From NCBI RefSeq assembly GCF_006345805.1, contig NC_043009.1:69254001-69318000 (forward strand): a stretch of 64,000 bases of DNA, given 5' to 3'. The notes under the pieces were generated by a model. The model was not told where the DNA came from. It did no database searches and saw only the letters and a program-made list of their open reading frames with translations. The stretch comes from Octopus sinensis (taxonomy: Eukaryota). This document shows positions 36,521-50,752 of the stretch, one piece after another. Positions within the stretch are counted from its first letter, which is position 1. Every line of letters begins with the position of its first letter. Position numbers and translations under genes: made by a program.

Positions 36521-37140
36521 AAATGGCTTTTGTGGTTGGATTTCCCCCTCTTTGAAGGCTGGAAACTATTTCTGTGAAGTTCTTTCAGTAATGGTGTCTT
36601 TCCAGTACACAGCAAAAATGTCTCCAACGGCTCTGCATCAGCTCGGAGTCTTAATTGAATGCAAATAAAAGTAGATATTAAAAACACTCGTTTTTTTTTT
36701 TCTTTCTAATTAGCATTTCATCATCATATGATGGAATACCAATTAAGATGATGGAACTGGCATTCCCTCATCATCCGAAAAGAGATAGAATTTTGTTCAA
36801 ACTTGGAAAATAATAAACGAAAATTGTACAGGAAGAAAAGAGCTACAAATAAACAAGAAAACATTATGATAAGAATATTTTTCATGTTAATTGAAAGGAT
36901 ACGGGAAAGAAAGGAACAAATTTATTCATCAGCTTAATAGTATAAGGAAATACTGTACTTTATTTGTTTCTTTTCCTTATTATTTAGGGCCACAATTGTT
37001 TATCAATGCAAACAATAAGAGATTTTTTAGTCTCCCACCCATCACAGTCACAAATATCAGAATGAAGTTCTTTCTCTCATGTAAGCTTACAGATGTGAAT
37101 AGCTAAATCCCCAGGTTGAGAGAAGGACTTAGCACAGATA

Positions 37141-38520
37141 TTATAGTAATATAGTTTTTCCCCCCATAGGAATACATTTGTGCTTAGTTAATAGCTTACT
37201 GTAAGAGAATGATTTACCACAGATATCACAATGATACGGTTTTTCTCCAGTATGAATACGTTTGTGAACAGTTACAGCAGTACTTTGGGAGAAGGATTTA
37301 CCACAGATATCACAATATGGATTTTCACCAGAATGAATACGCTTGTGCTCAGTGAAGGAATTACTTCGAGAGAATGATTTACCACAGACATTACAATGAA
37401 ATGGTTTTTCTCCAGTATGAATGCGTTTGTGATCAGTCAAAGAATTACTTCGAGAAAATGATTTACCACAGATATCACAATGATATGGCTTCTCTCCTGT
37501 ATGAATACGTTTATGTACAGTTACAGCAGTACTTTGAGAGAAACATTTACCACAGATATCACAATGATACGGTTTTTCCCCAGTATGAATACGTTTATGA
37601 CCACTCAAGGAATTATTTCTAGGGAATGATTTACCGCAGATATTACACTGATATGGTGTCTCTCCAGTATGGATGTGTTTATGATAACTTAAGGCACTAC
37701 TTTGTGTGTACGATTTACCACAGATATCACAATGATATGGTTTTTCTCCAGAATGAATGCGTTTATGAACCTCTAAATCTTTACTTCGAATGAATGATTT
37801 ACCACAGATATCACAGTGATATGGTTTTTCTCTGGTATGAATACGTTTGTGCATTTTCACAGCCGTACTCTGAGAGAATGCTTTACCACAGATATCACAA
37901 TGAAATCGCTTTTCTCCGGTATGAATACGTTTATGTCCAGTCAAGGCACTATTTTGAAGGAATGATTTACCACAGATGTCACATTGATATGGTTTCTCTC
38001 CTGTATGAACATGTTTGTGAGCAGTTAGCTCATCGTTTCGAGAGAATGATTTGTCACAGATATCACAGTGATAGGGCTTTTCTCCTGTATGAATACGTTT
38101 GTGTTTAATTAACTGATTACTTTGATTGAATGATTTACCACAAAAATCACAATGATAGGGTTTTTCTCCAGTATGAATTCGTTTGTGATCAGTTAAGTTG
38201 GTACTTCTAGAGAATGATTTACTGCACATATCACACTGATACGGTTTCTCTCCTGTGTGAATACGTTTGTGTGTAGTTAAAATATCTTTACGAGTGAATG
38301 ATTGACCACAGATTTCACACTGATATGGCTTCTCTCCTGTATGAACACGTTTATGAATAGTTAACTCACCACTTCGATAGAAATTTTTGCTACAGACACC
38401 ACAGTGATATGGTCTCTCTCCTGTATGAATACGTATGTGAGAAGTTAGGTTACCTTTTGAAGCAAATGACTTTTTACAGATACTGCACTCATATGAAGCT
38501 TTGTCTAAGGTTTTTGCCAT
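37141..38520 (-). CDS. C2H2 zinc-finger protein, paralog 3 (15 complete fingers plus 1 degenerate, 459 aa)
   Basis: Canonical fingers; acceptor at 38962. Confidence 0.94.
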   Translation of the reverse strand: MAKTLDKASYECSICKKSFASKGNLTSHIRIHTGERPYHCGVCSKNFYRSGELTIHKRVHTGEKPYQCEICGQSFTRKDILTTHKRIHTGEKPYQCDMCSKSFSRSTNLTDHKRIHTGEKPYHCDFCGKSFNQSNQLIKHKRIHTGEKPYHCDICDKSFSRNDELTAHKHVHTGEKPYQCDICGKSFLQNSALTGHKRIHTGEKRFHCDICGKAFSQSTAVKMHKRIHTREKPYHCDICGKSFIRSKDLEVHKRIHSGEKPYHCDICGKSYTQSSALSYHKHIHTGETPYQCNICGKSFPRNNSLSGHKRIHTGEKPYHCDICGKCFSQSTAVTVHKRIHTGEKPYHCDICGKSFSRSNSLTDHKRIHTGEKPFHCNVCGKSFSRSNSFTEHKRIHSGENPYCDICGKSFSQSTAVTVHKRIHTGEKPYHCDICGKSFSYSKLLTKHKCIPMGGKTILL

Positions 38521-39111
38521 CTCTTCAGGAAAATAATATCAATCTTTTAACTTATATAATAATTTTCTTTTCTCACCACAAGATAAGAATATTTATCTTG
38601 TTTTCCTTTCTATGATTTATTTCTCACAAAAATTCTTTTTGCTATATATCTGTTAACTGTGATCTAGACTGCAAAGTCCTTTATAAATTAATCTATTTAC
38701 AATACAAATTATTATGTACTCATTCCAGACAGAAGTAGGTATCTCGTAGTAAATGAGAGACTTGGCTATATCGGTAGGGGAGAGAATCCTGCAAATAATC
38801 TCAGCCAGTAGAAACCTTTCACCATAATTCACAAGACTTATATAAACATGGTTATATTTGTTCTGCATAACATCGTCCTTGAGTCTTGAAAAGATAGTGA
38901 ATAGTGATGATGCTTCTGATATCAAAACGCTTTTTTTTTTATGCCAGCTTCAGTAAGGATCCTGAAATAATAAGAAAAACGGTATAAGATAAAAAAAGAT
39001 AATTTATTTCGTTTCTATAAATGATAAATTGCAGAAATGAACCTTGACCAGAACTAAACTCTTCCAGTGTATCTCTAGATTCTTACATATTTACTAAGGT
39101 AGAGAAACACA

Positions 39112-39696
<585 letters not shown>

Positions 39697-39699
39697 ATT

Positions 39700-41950
39700 T
39701 CTGCCACGTTCCAGGGACACAAACTAGAAGTAGTTGATAGCTTCCGCTACCTCGGAGACCAAGTCAGAGCGGGGTGGGTGTGCTGAAAGTGTAACTGCTA
39801 GAGTAAGAATAGCCTGGCAAAGTTTAGAGAGCTCTTACCCCTGCTGGTGACAAAAGGACTCGCTTCAGAGTAAAAGGCAGACTGTATGATGCATGTGTAC
39901 GTACAGCCATGCTACATGGTAGTGAAACATGGGCCGTGACTGCTGAGGATATGCGTAAGCTCGCAAGAAATGAAGCCAGTATGCTCCGATGGATGTGTAA
40001 TGTCAGTGTTCATAATCGTCAGAGTGTAAGTTCCTTGAGAGAAAAGTTGAACCTAAGAAGCGTCAGTTGTGGCGTGCAAGAGAGACGGCTGCGCTGGTAT
40101 GGTCATGTGACAAGAAAGGCTGAAGATAGTTGTGTGCAAAAGTGCTACACCCTAGCAGTGGAGGGAACCTGTGAAGAGGTAGACCCAGGAAAACCTGGGA
40201 CGAGGTGGTGAAGCACGACCTTCGAACTTTAGGTCTCACTAAGGAAATGTCTAGAGACCGAGACCTATGGAAGTATGCTGTGCATGAGAAGACCCGGCAA
40301 GACTAGTCAGGCCATAACCGTGCCACGGACGGGGACGTAGTCAGTCTGTGCATACCTTCCTTCTTGTGACACTTATGAAGACCTGTTGAGGCAAGTGAAA
40401 ATCAAATCAAATCAAAATAGATGAACATCAGTGGAATTGTATTCTTCGTGGTACCAGTGCCGGTGACACACAAGAAAACCACCCAAACGTGGCCGTAACC
40501 AGTACCGATCGACTGGCCTCCGTGTGTGGGCACAACACACACCATCCGATCGTGGCCGTTCGCCAGCCTCATCTGGCACCTGTGCCGGTGGCACATAAAG
40601 ACACCATCCGAAGACCCGGCGACGTAGTCAGTCCACCTGTGCATACCTTCCCTCTTATGACACTTGTGAAGACCTGTTGAGGCAAGTGTGTGACACTTGC
40701 GAAGACCTGTTGAGGCAGAGGCAAGTGTGTGAACACTTGTGGAGACCTGTTGAGGCAAGTGTGTGACCCTTGTGAAGACCTGTTGAGGCAAGTGAAAATC
40801 AAATCAAACCAATCAAAATAGATGAATATCAATGGAATTGTATCTTTGTGGTTCCAGTACCGGTGGCACACAAGAAAACCATCCGAACGTGGCCGTCGAC
40901 TGGCCTACGTGCTGTGGGCACAACAAACACCATCTGATCGTGGCCGTTCGCCAGCCTCACCTGGCACCTGTGTCGGTGGCCACATAAAAACACCACCCCA
41001 TCCAAGACCCGGCGACGTAGTCAGTCCACCTGTGCTTACCTTCCCTCTATGACACTTGTGAAGACCTGTGAGGCAGAGGCAAGTGTGTGACACTTGTGAA
41101 GACCTGTTGAGGCAGAGGCAAGTGTGTGACACTTGTGGAGACCTGTTGAGGCAAGTGTGTGACACGCGTGACACTTGTGAAGACCTGTTGAGGCAAGTGA
41201 AAATCAAACCAAATCAAAATAGATGAACATCAATGGAATTTGTATCTTTGTGGTTCCAGTACCGGTGGCACACAAGAAAACCATCCGATCGTGGCCGTTC
41301 GCCAGCCACATCTGGCACCTGTGTGGTGGCACATAAAGACACCATCCGAAGACCCGGCGACGTAGACAGTCCACCTATGCATACCTTCCTTCTTGTGACA
41401 CTTGTGAAGACCTGTTGAGGCAAGTGAAAATCAAATCAAATCAAATCAAATCAAATCAAAACAAATCAAAATAGATGAACATAAATGGAATTTGTATCTT
41501 TGTGGTACCAGTGCCGGTGGCACACAAGAAAAATCATCCGAACGTGGCCGTAGCCAGTACCGCATAGACTGGCCTCCGTGCTTTGGGGACGTAACAAACA
41601 CCATCCGATCGTGGCCGTCCGCCAGCCTCATCTGGCACCTGTGTCGGTGGCACATAAAAACACCATCCGAGCGTGGCCGTCTGCCAGCCTCGTCTGGCAC
41701 CTGTGTCGGTTGGCACATAAAAAACCATCCGAGCGTGGCCGTTCGCCAGCCTCGTCTGGCACCTGTGCGGTCTGGCACATAAAATCACCCACTACACTCT
41801 CGAGTGGGTTGGCGTTAGGAAGGGCATCCAGCTGTAGAAACACTGCAGATCTGACTGCCGGTGCAGCCTTCGGCTCCCCAGACCCCAGTGAACCGTCCAA
41901 CCCATGCTAGCATGGAAAAACGGACGCAAATGATGATGATGATGATGATG
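39700..41950 (+). mobile_element. 5'-truncated RTE LINE with tandemly multiplied 3'UTR
   Basis: LEVVDSFRYLGDQ, MLHGSETWAVT, RLRWYGHV; UTR module repeated 4 times; (GAT)n tail. Confidence 0.9.
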
Positions 41951-42422
41951 ATATATATATAATATATATATATTATATATATATATATATAATATATATA
42001 TATTATATATATATATAATAATATATATTATATATATATTATATATATATATATATAATATATATTATATATATATATATAATATATATATATATAATAT
42101 AATATATATTATATTATATATATATATATAATATATATATATGATATATATATATATATAATAATATTATGATATATTAATATATTAATCTATATTATAA
42201 TATATATATATAATTATAATATATATTATATATATTATATATAATATATATTATATATATAATATATATTATATATATATATATATAATATATATATATA
42301 TTATTATATATTAATACATATATATATCATATATAAATATCTATTATATATATATATAATATATATTATATATAATATATATATATATAATATATATCTA
42401 TGAATATATATTATCTATAATT

Positions 42423-42468
<46 letters not shown>

Positions 42469-42617
42469 TAATTATTAATAATATTATATATATAATATAA
42501 TATATATATTATATATATATATATATTAATATATTATATATATATATATAATTATATATATTATATATATATATATAATATATATATATATATAATATAT
42601 ATTATATATATATAATA
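41951..42617. repeat. Long imperfect (TA)n tract
   Basis: Direct inspection. Confidence 0.97.
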
Positions 42618-43540
42618 GACAAAATAGATGAACTCAATGGAATTTGTATCTTTGGGTACCAGTGCCTGTGCACACCAAGAAAAAATCCATCAGCTGCCCG
42701 TAGGTCAGTGCGGTGGGCACATGACAAACACCATACGATCGTGGCGTTCGCCAGCCTCATCTAGCACCTGTGTCGGTGGCACATAAAAACACCATCCGAA
42801 GACCCGGCAAGGACTAGTCAGGCCATACCCATGGCCCCTACCTGGGACGTAGTCAGTCCACCTGGCATACCTTCCTCTTGTGACACTTGTGAGACCTGTG
42901 TGAGGCAAGTGAAATCCAATCAAAATAGATGAACATCAATGGAATTTGTATCTTTGTGGTACCAGTGCCGGTGGCACGTGGCACATAAGAAAACCATCAG
43001 AACGTGGCCGTAGCCAGTACCGCATCGACTGGCCTCCGTGCTGTGGTACGTAACAAGCACCATCCGATCGTGGCCGTTTGCCAGCCTCATCTGGACCTGT
43101 GTCGGTGGCACATAAAAAACACCATCCGAGCGTGGCCGTCTGCCGGCCTCGTCTGGCACCTGTGTCGGTGGCACATAGAAACACCGTCCGAGCGTGGCCG
43201 TCTGCCAGCCTCGTCTGGCACCTGTGTCGGTGGCACATAAAAAACCATCCGAGCGTGGCCGTATGCCAGCCTCGTCTGGCACCTGTGTCGGTGGCACATA
43301 AAAAACACCATATCCGGCGTGGCCGTTTGTCAGCCTCGTCTGGCACCTGTGTCGGTGGCACATAAAATCACCCACTACACTCTCGAGTGGTGGTGGCGTT
43401 AGGAAGGGCATCCAGCTGTAGAAACACTGCCAGATCTGACTGGACTGGTGCCGCTTTCGGGCTCCCCAGACCCCAGTTGAACCGTCCAACCCATGCTAGC
43501 ATGGAAAGCGGACGTTAAATGATGATGATGATGATGATGT
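42618..43540 (+). mobile_element. RTE 3'UTR copy with ~60-bp tandem repeats and (GAT)n tail
   Basis: Same modules as 40300-41950. Confidence 0.88.
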
Positions 43541-44256
43541 GATATATATATATATTATATATATATATATAATATATATTATATATAATATATAATATAT
43601 ATATATATATATATAATATATTATATATAAATATATATATATATATATCAAAGGTGTCTCATTGTTTTCACCCACCATTTCTTGGGGTGTGGGTGCAAAA
43701 ATATTCTTGACTTTGAATTTAAACGTCTTAATGGAAAAAATTCATGGTAAACCTCAATGAATCCTTGATTTTCTCTTCATTCGTGTAGTTTGGTTAGAAG
43801 ACACATCGAATGTAGTGTGCAAGAGAGAAATATTTTATCAAGACTGGAATTTGAAATTTGAGGATAAAGGACGAGGGCGCCGTTAAGAAATTCGAAAACC
43901 ATTGATAGAGCGGGTTGGGGTGGAGAGGGAATTTTAATGCAAATTACAAATCTACAAACAAGTGCTTCAGAATATGGAATATGATATGACGAAATATAGT
44001 AAAAGAAGAAGGGAAATATATCCATTAAAAGAGTGGAAGCTATTCAAAAGATGCGATTGAGGGGAGGGGCTACGATATTTTACAACATATTGGGGGGGGG
44101 GGGGGGGGTAACAAAAGCCGTTCTTCCGATTTTTGGTTTTAGGTAATAAAAATGCAACAGAGTAACTCCGAGAAGCTTCGGAATAAAATAATGATCAGAT
44201 TGCAAAACTTCTATAAACACGTTACAAATTGGTTGTATTGTAAACAGTCTTAATTA

Positions 44257-44316
<60 letters not shown>

Positions 44317-44374
44317 TATTAAATAGATCAATAGATTTACCGACCTCAAAAACAACAGCAATAATAATATTGTT

Positions 44375-44550
44375 TCAAATTTTGGTGCAAAGCCAGTAAA
44401 TTTAGAAGAAGTGGAATTTAATTACATCGAACCCACGATTCTTTAAGCATTACTTTCGTTTCTGGACCGGAGAGGATGACAAGCAAAACCGACATCGGCG
44501 GAATTCGAACTCAGAACATAAAGAGCAAAAAAAGAAAACACTGCTAAGGG
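44375..44550 (-). mobile_element. Old Meta-core SINE fragment
   Basis: GTTCTGAGTTCGAATTCCGCCGATGTCGG on the minus strand. Confidence 0.6.
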
Positions 44551-45065
44551 TCGCTTCCTGTCGAGAAACATTTTTAGAAATTTATTAAGAATGCATTTGT
44601 AAACATTTAACCGAAAAACATTAAATTAATATATTTCTAGTTAATTAGTAACTTTCAAGTATTTTTTTCTATTCGTTTCGCTGAATCAGAAAACCCAAGC
44701 CTATTTTTACATTATGGCTTAGTTTCAGTTTTAACCCTGAGAATTTATAGACGTAAAACCTGAAGATTATCGCGATTTACAGCTGTTTAGCACTGCAAGA
44801 TTGTACAAAATGTTGAAAATAAAAGTAAAGAAGAATTCCATTTTATTAACGACGGTTATTCCGAAAGTCCTCGCCTCCCCATTTTTTTTTTTCTAGAATT
44901 ACACTGTTTCATACAAATGAAATTACCATTCTTTTAGCAATTTTGGCGGACTGGCGTAGTAAACGAAAATTCTTTGCCCTTTTCCTTCTCTATGAGGAAA
45001 TATCATTATTCCGAAACTTGGCCTTGAAACTATCTTATATCCATTTAAACACTATCGATACTCAC

Positions 45066-45170
45066 TTCTTTTACTTTTGTAGTTTCTTTAAGAAATTCTT
45101 TTAACATGAGAGAAAGTTCTTCGCCGGAAATTGTTCTGGCAAATGCTGGGCGGAAGTCTAAAACTCTGGA
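45066..45170 (-). promoter_or_regulatory. Putative exon 1/promoter of ZNF paralog 3
   Basis: ACTTCCGCC...ATTTCCGGCGAAGAACTTTCTCTC...AAAAGAA|GTGAGT donor at 45065. Confidence 0.7.
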
Positions 45171-45914
45171 TAAACATTATCATATAAAAAGGAAACATGT
45201 AGACACTTTGAGATTTATTATTATACGTAGTTTCGTAGTTATTCTGTTAACAACTAGTATTATTTAGACTTTTTTATGACTTTTCTTGGAAGAAACAACT
45301 ACGTAGGCGCAATGGAACATCTACGTACTTGTACGATCTGCTAGAAATAGCAGTCAAATTTCCCTAGATTATACCGTTCAGTCTTGAGATTTGTATTCCT
45401 TGATATACAATACCAGAAGAAATGAGTAAAGGGTCATTCTAGTGAAATTCAACAAGGACCCTTCGCGAAGGTTCTTAGATTTTCTTCGAATTTACACCAT
45501 TTATATCTATGAAAGGAGTCATTCCTGCAAATTTTAGCCCCATTGTTGTTACCAGTTAGATTTTATGGTCATTTAAACTGTTAGGCAATTTCCAAAATTT
45601 TCCATATATTAGATTTCTTTTATGTTCAGGGGCCATCATTCCAAATAGGTATGATACCATACCTTTGAAAGCATGTTTCTATAATCCCCACTATCTCAAG
45701 TCCCTTAGATACTGTAGAAAAAACGCCAACCAAAATTTGCAAAAATCCACATCTTGGTGTCTATTTTAAAAGAAATTTTAAGTTTAGGCAGCTATTATTT
45801 AATAGCAACAATTGGTGATCATTCTATCTTCTCTAATCTTACAGTAAACTCTGAAATCTTAGCAGAACACATGAATTCAATTACTGAAATGCTTGTTTTC
45901 TTGTGCAATATCAT

Positions 45915-46590
45915 CATCATCATCATCATCGTTTAACGTCCGCTTTCCATGCTAGCATGGGCTGGACGGTTCAACTGGGGTCTGGCAAGCCCGAAGGCTA
46001 CACCAGGCCAGTCATATCTGGCAGTGTTTCTACAGCTGGATGCCCTTCCTAACGCCAACCACTCCGAGAGTGTAGTGGGTGATTTTATGTGACACTGACA
46101 CAGGTGCCAGACGAGGCTGGCAGACGGCCACGCTCGGATGATGTTTTTTATGTGCCACCGACACAGGTGCCAGACGAGGCTGGCAGACGGCCACGCTCGG
46201 ATATGGTGTTTTCGGTGTTTTTCTTATGTGCCACCGACACAGGTGCCAGACGAGGCTGGCGAACGGCTACGATCGGATGGTGTTTGTTACGTGCCCACGG
46301 CACGGAGGCCAGTCGATGCGGTACTGGCTACGGTCCCGTTCGGATGGTTTTCTTATGTGCCACCAGCACTGGTACCACAAGGATACAAATTCCATTGATG
46401 TTCATCTATTTTGATTTGGTTTGACTTGATTCGATTTGACTTTGATTTGACTTTGACTTGCCTCAACAGGTCTTCACAAGTGTCACAAGCAGGAAGGTAT
46501 GCACAGGTGGACTGACTACGTCCCAGGTAGGGGCCACGGGTTATCGCTTCACTAGTCTTGCCGGGTCTTCTCACGCACAGCATACTTCCA
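45915..46590 (-). mobile_element. 5'-truncated RTE (ORF end plus single-module 3'UTR)
   Basis: Starts at CGAGACCTATGGAAGTATGCTGTG and ends in (GAT)n. Confidence 0.88.
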
Positions 46591-46929
46591 TAGGTCTCGG
46601 GCTAAAAATGGGATAGTGAAAAATTTAGAGTTTTTTTCCAATTTTTCAACCAGAATATCTTCTTATCACTAAGTTGAAACTATAAAGATTCGTATATATC
46701 CTGAAAATACACCCTATAGAGTGAGTTTAGAAATGTAAAATATTAATTTTCATCTCCAGAAAATGGCTCAAAAGAGAAATTCCCATTTTTGGGGTAGTTT
46801 AGAGCCACAGATATTAAAGTGCAACAATTAGAAAAACTTTCAAACCTGAAAATCCTTGGACATTAATCTCTTGTCCATACAACAACAACAACAACAACAA
46901 AGTGATTAGCAAATGGAGCTGCATACTTT

Positions 46930-47430
46930 TCATCATCATCATTTTCTAACATCTGCCTTCCATGCTAGCATGGGTGGGACGGTTTCACAAGAGCTGGCCA
47001 AGTAGAAGCATGCTCCAGACTTCTGTGACTGTTTTGCCAGGATTTTTACAGCTGGATGCCCTTCCTAACACCAACCACTCAGCAGAGTGGACTTAATGGA
47101 CTTTTTATGTGGCACAAGCACAGGCGAGGTCAGTTTGGCAAGGTTTTTACAGCTGAATGCCCTTCCAAATGCCAACCACTTTACAGTGCGGACTGGGTGC
47201 TTTTAAGTGGCACCTGCACTGACAGGGTCACTAAGTACTTGCAAGACCAAAAAAATAATAACTTTCAAGAGGGGCGGGGGCATTCTAGGAGCTGATTTTG
47301 TGTCGCATGATGAAAGGTTATAGTGATACAGAGAGACAAAAAGAGGTGTCTTGCTGTAGAGGAAGTACAAGGTTACCTGTCTGGAGAGAGAGAGAGGTGG
47401 GGATGCTAGGAATGAAGACAGAAGCAGGTG
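46930..47430 (-). mobile_element. Older RTE-tail-related dispersed repeat
   Basis: Similar to 8893-9420. Confidence 0.6.
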
Positions 47431-49299
47431 CATTAATACCTTTATAGATTCAGGGGGTTGGAAAGAAGAGTAATTCTACTGGTCCCATATGGATAGTTGA
47501 TGGGACAATCATGAACATTTTTTAGATGGTGTTTTCCTTCCAAAGCTGAAGAAAAATCAATAAAACTAGTAAAATGTCAGAAATAACATGAAACAGTGGA
47601 AAACAAAATGAATTAAAAGCCATCTGCTAGCCTAATATCTTGTACCTCATGCCACAAACTCTTAATGTGATATATATATATGATAAAATTTAAAATTATA
47701 CACATGTGGGACTATATATGAAAGTATGTCCACAAGATCCAAAATAAACATAAGATATACCAGTTATTGCTGTACGATAAAGTATATTTTATAGCTTGCA
47801 TATTTATTCATAACAAAATGACTGTACTGGTTTTTGTAGAATGCATTTCTTAGCTATTTTCTAACAGTCTCAAATAGATTAATAGTATCTTTTCTATAGT
47901 CTAGAAATATATTAAATGAATATGTATGAGTATTCTGAAAGAATAATAGAATTAAAAACATTGTAGTGGTACCTAGCATTTGAAACCCTGATATTTTGGT
48001 AATTAGAAAAAGGTCAAAACATATCGGATGATTCAGACCTGCATTTTGACCAATCAACAGAAAAAATTGTGTAGTAATTTCATAACACCATGCAAACATT
48101 TGAACATAATTTATTTTGCTGTATTAGTATGAAAAGATGTTCATGCATTACATAGAAGCAGTAAAATAGAAATAGCATTCATATGACATGCAAGGAAAAC
48201 ATGTTCAAAGTTTAACACTTGGACTGGATTTTAACACACTAAACAAATATACAGCTGTCATGTCTGCTTCTTTGATAGCTTTGATTAAATATGTAGCCAT
48301 TAAAACAGCTACAGAAAATGTGCAATTCAAAGCTCTACACACGACACTCTGAACGTAGTGATTTATTAACTATGTTTATAGGCTTTTGCTCAGAGAAAGC
48401 GCTGGATGGGCCACAAAACAATCACGTGACCCACAGCCATTGATTGGGAAAAATCTTGGTTGCGCACATAACTAATCTTTGATTGAATTGTGGTTTTGTG
48501 TAGAGATGAGATGAGCTGGAAGGAAAGGGCTGTGACGCCAACGGTCAAGTAATTTGACCAGAACAGGAAGGAGGAGAGAGGCAGTGAGGGAAGCAAGACC
48601 AGGGTCATCTTCTTTCGGCCTGGTGCAGTCATCATGAACGGAGGTCAGTGGAGCAAGCTAGCAGGATCGCTAGTAACATTAGGTGAAACAAGTAGGGATG
48701 GATGCGAAATTTTTTTCCCATGAAAGTTCCGGACTTCAGTTATGAACTCATTTGCATACAGCCAATCAGAGCTCAATTATGAAACTAATTTATGAGCGCA
48801 TAACAAGTGATGGGGGATAGGATAATGTCACTCGGGTAAGGAATGACCATACTTCTTTTCTCTTTTAATAATATTTGCTGTTCTTGTTTGTGTTTCATCC
48901 ATGGCTGCCTCTGTGGAGTTATTTGTGTTGTTTACTTTGTAACACAATTAAGGGAGAGGGTTGTTAGCACATCACCCTCTACCCACATCTTTACCATATG
49001 GGGCCCTAACAAAATCTGATAACAGGTACAGATGCAAATCTAATTACTTGTCTCCTTCTAAAACCAGGCACAATTTGGCGATCGATCGACTTACAAGACC
49101 GTTCTTCGTCTTGAGTTTACTTGGTAGAATCTGTTTGTTTGTTAACTTGACAAGGTCAAGGTGAGCTCGGATTGGCTGTATGCAAATGAGCTCATTACTG
49201 GGGGCCAGAACTCCTGTGGGGAAAAAAGAAAAATTTCACAGGCTGGACGGCCAACAACGAGAGGTAGATGAACCATATCTTATTTCCTTACATTACAGT

Positions 49300-49980
49300 T
49301 CCCTCGTCTCACAAGCTATTTTGGCTCTCGTGTATAAATGTATTTTTCTATTGTTGTTATTCCCTCCCACGAGATGGCAGCAATGCTGTCAGACATTTCT
49401 ATAGCGAAGGAGATGTAGTCACCTGGATCTGTACAAGGCATTGACAATGTAGCAGGTCTCATGGCCCTGTACTTGGAGGGAAGCGCATTGGCATTGTGGA
49501 CGAGGAAGACCAATTGAGTGCAGCAAAGATCAAGCAGCACTTGGAAGAAACCTATATGGAGGGCACATACGCTGCGTTTGCTAAGCAGGAACGGTCAAGT
49601 GGACTGGGGAACAGGTCGATGAGTATGCCTCGGAGGCTCGGAGATTTGTCGTGCTATCCAGTTTTGCTGGAGTGGGTCTAGAGAAGGCGGCACAACCGGC
49701 CTTCATGGCGATTGATTGGTGTGCCTGCAACAACGAGAAAATGGTGATGAATGAGCTCATCGCTCAAGCCAATGTGTCGACACAAAATACCGCGATGTAG
49801 TGTAATGACCAGTGAAGAACAAGGAGAAAAAACTGCTGTGGAGCAACGGCAACCGTTCATAGGTCAGTGCTTCAAGTGCCTAGGACTGCGTGGAGACGAA
49901 GCCTGGACACATTTGCTATTGGTGCAGTCAGAGAAAAGGCCATGGGGAAGTTGCTGCCTGTCAAATCAGTGCCACTGATT
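49300..49980 (+). mobile_element. Decayed Ty3/Gypsy gag-like relic
   Basis: LYLEGSALAL, DEEDQLSAAKIKQHLEE, remnant knuckles CFKC and CYWC..GH across frames. Confidence 0.55.
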
Positions 49981-50649
49981 TGAAATTCGTATATGACAAA
50001 ATACATGTTCTAGTCGATGCTACAATGTTATTGACTAAGCCCTTCTCCTCAAATATTCCAAAACTCTGTTCAAATTAGAAATATTTACAAGTGGTTCCAA
50101 AGCCATTCTAGATCACTGATTTTGCCATACCAGTGATAGTCATTATGGTCGAGACAGTTCAAATGAAACATATTAAATTTATAAAACTAATGAAATACAG
50201 GTGTTTGTACGACAGCGTAAATTAGCGTAGATAATCAGGTGTCTCGGACCACCAGTGTCCGAAAAGCAAGTATTTATCAGCCCCGCGTTAGCCCGACATA
50301 GCGGACATATGATAGAATATATTCCAACCAAGACAATTCGGTTCTTTCTGTAGGATTATATCCAGCTACACATAATCAACTAATAACGCCTCTATTACAA
50401 GACTGGACGGTGTGGTTTGAGGGTCACAATTTATTGGAAGTTGTCTAAGCACATAGGACCGTTTCTTTACTCTTTCATTGCTGTTTAACCCAAGAACACA
50501 TCTTGGTCATACTGCATTAAAATTTTATTAATTCATTTTACTTTTTATCTGTTGTACGGTGCTCGCCAAACTCAGCTGAACGATTACGAAACTTTGGTTA
50601 CCAATAAATCTCTATATTTTCCCATCTTCTTGTTTATAAATGTCTTTCT

Positions 50650-50752
50650 TAATTTTCTTTCTTCCGTTCACCAATTCCTCTGCAACTATTTCCGGCCAAG
50701 TTTTTCCTCTCATGTTAATCGACTTTATCAACGATATATAAATGAAAAAGAA
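50650..50752 (+). promoter_or_regulatory. Putative exon 1/promoter of ZNF paralog 4
   Basis: CTTCCGTT...ATTTCCGGCCAAGTTTTTCCTCTCATG...AAAAGAA|GTAAGTATTTATAGTG donor at 50753. Confidence 0.72.

Noticed and set aside
44091-44108. G17-18 run as a functional G-quadruplex
   Set aside because: Isolated homopolymer of unreliable length, no supporting context
40400-46450. ~30-60-bp repeats resembling a CRISPR array; ORFs such as VPPTQVPDEAG repeats
   Set aside because: Head-to-tail repeats without unique spacers, no cas genes, eukaryotic LINE 3'UTR context; the ORFs are by-products
48930-49215. PPT-LTR-PBS arrangement upstream of the gag relic
   Set aside because: A purine tract before a putative 5' LTR is unexpected, the PBS match is weak and no second LTR was found
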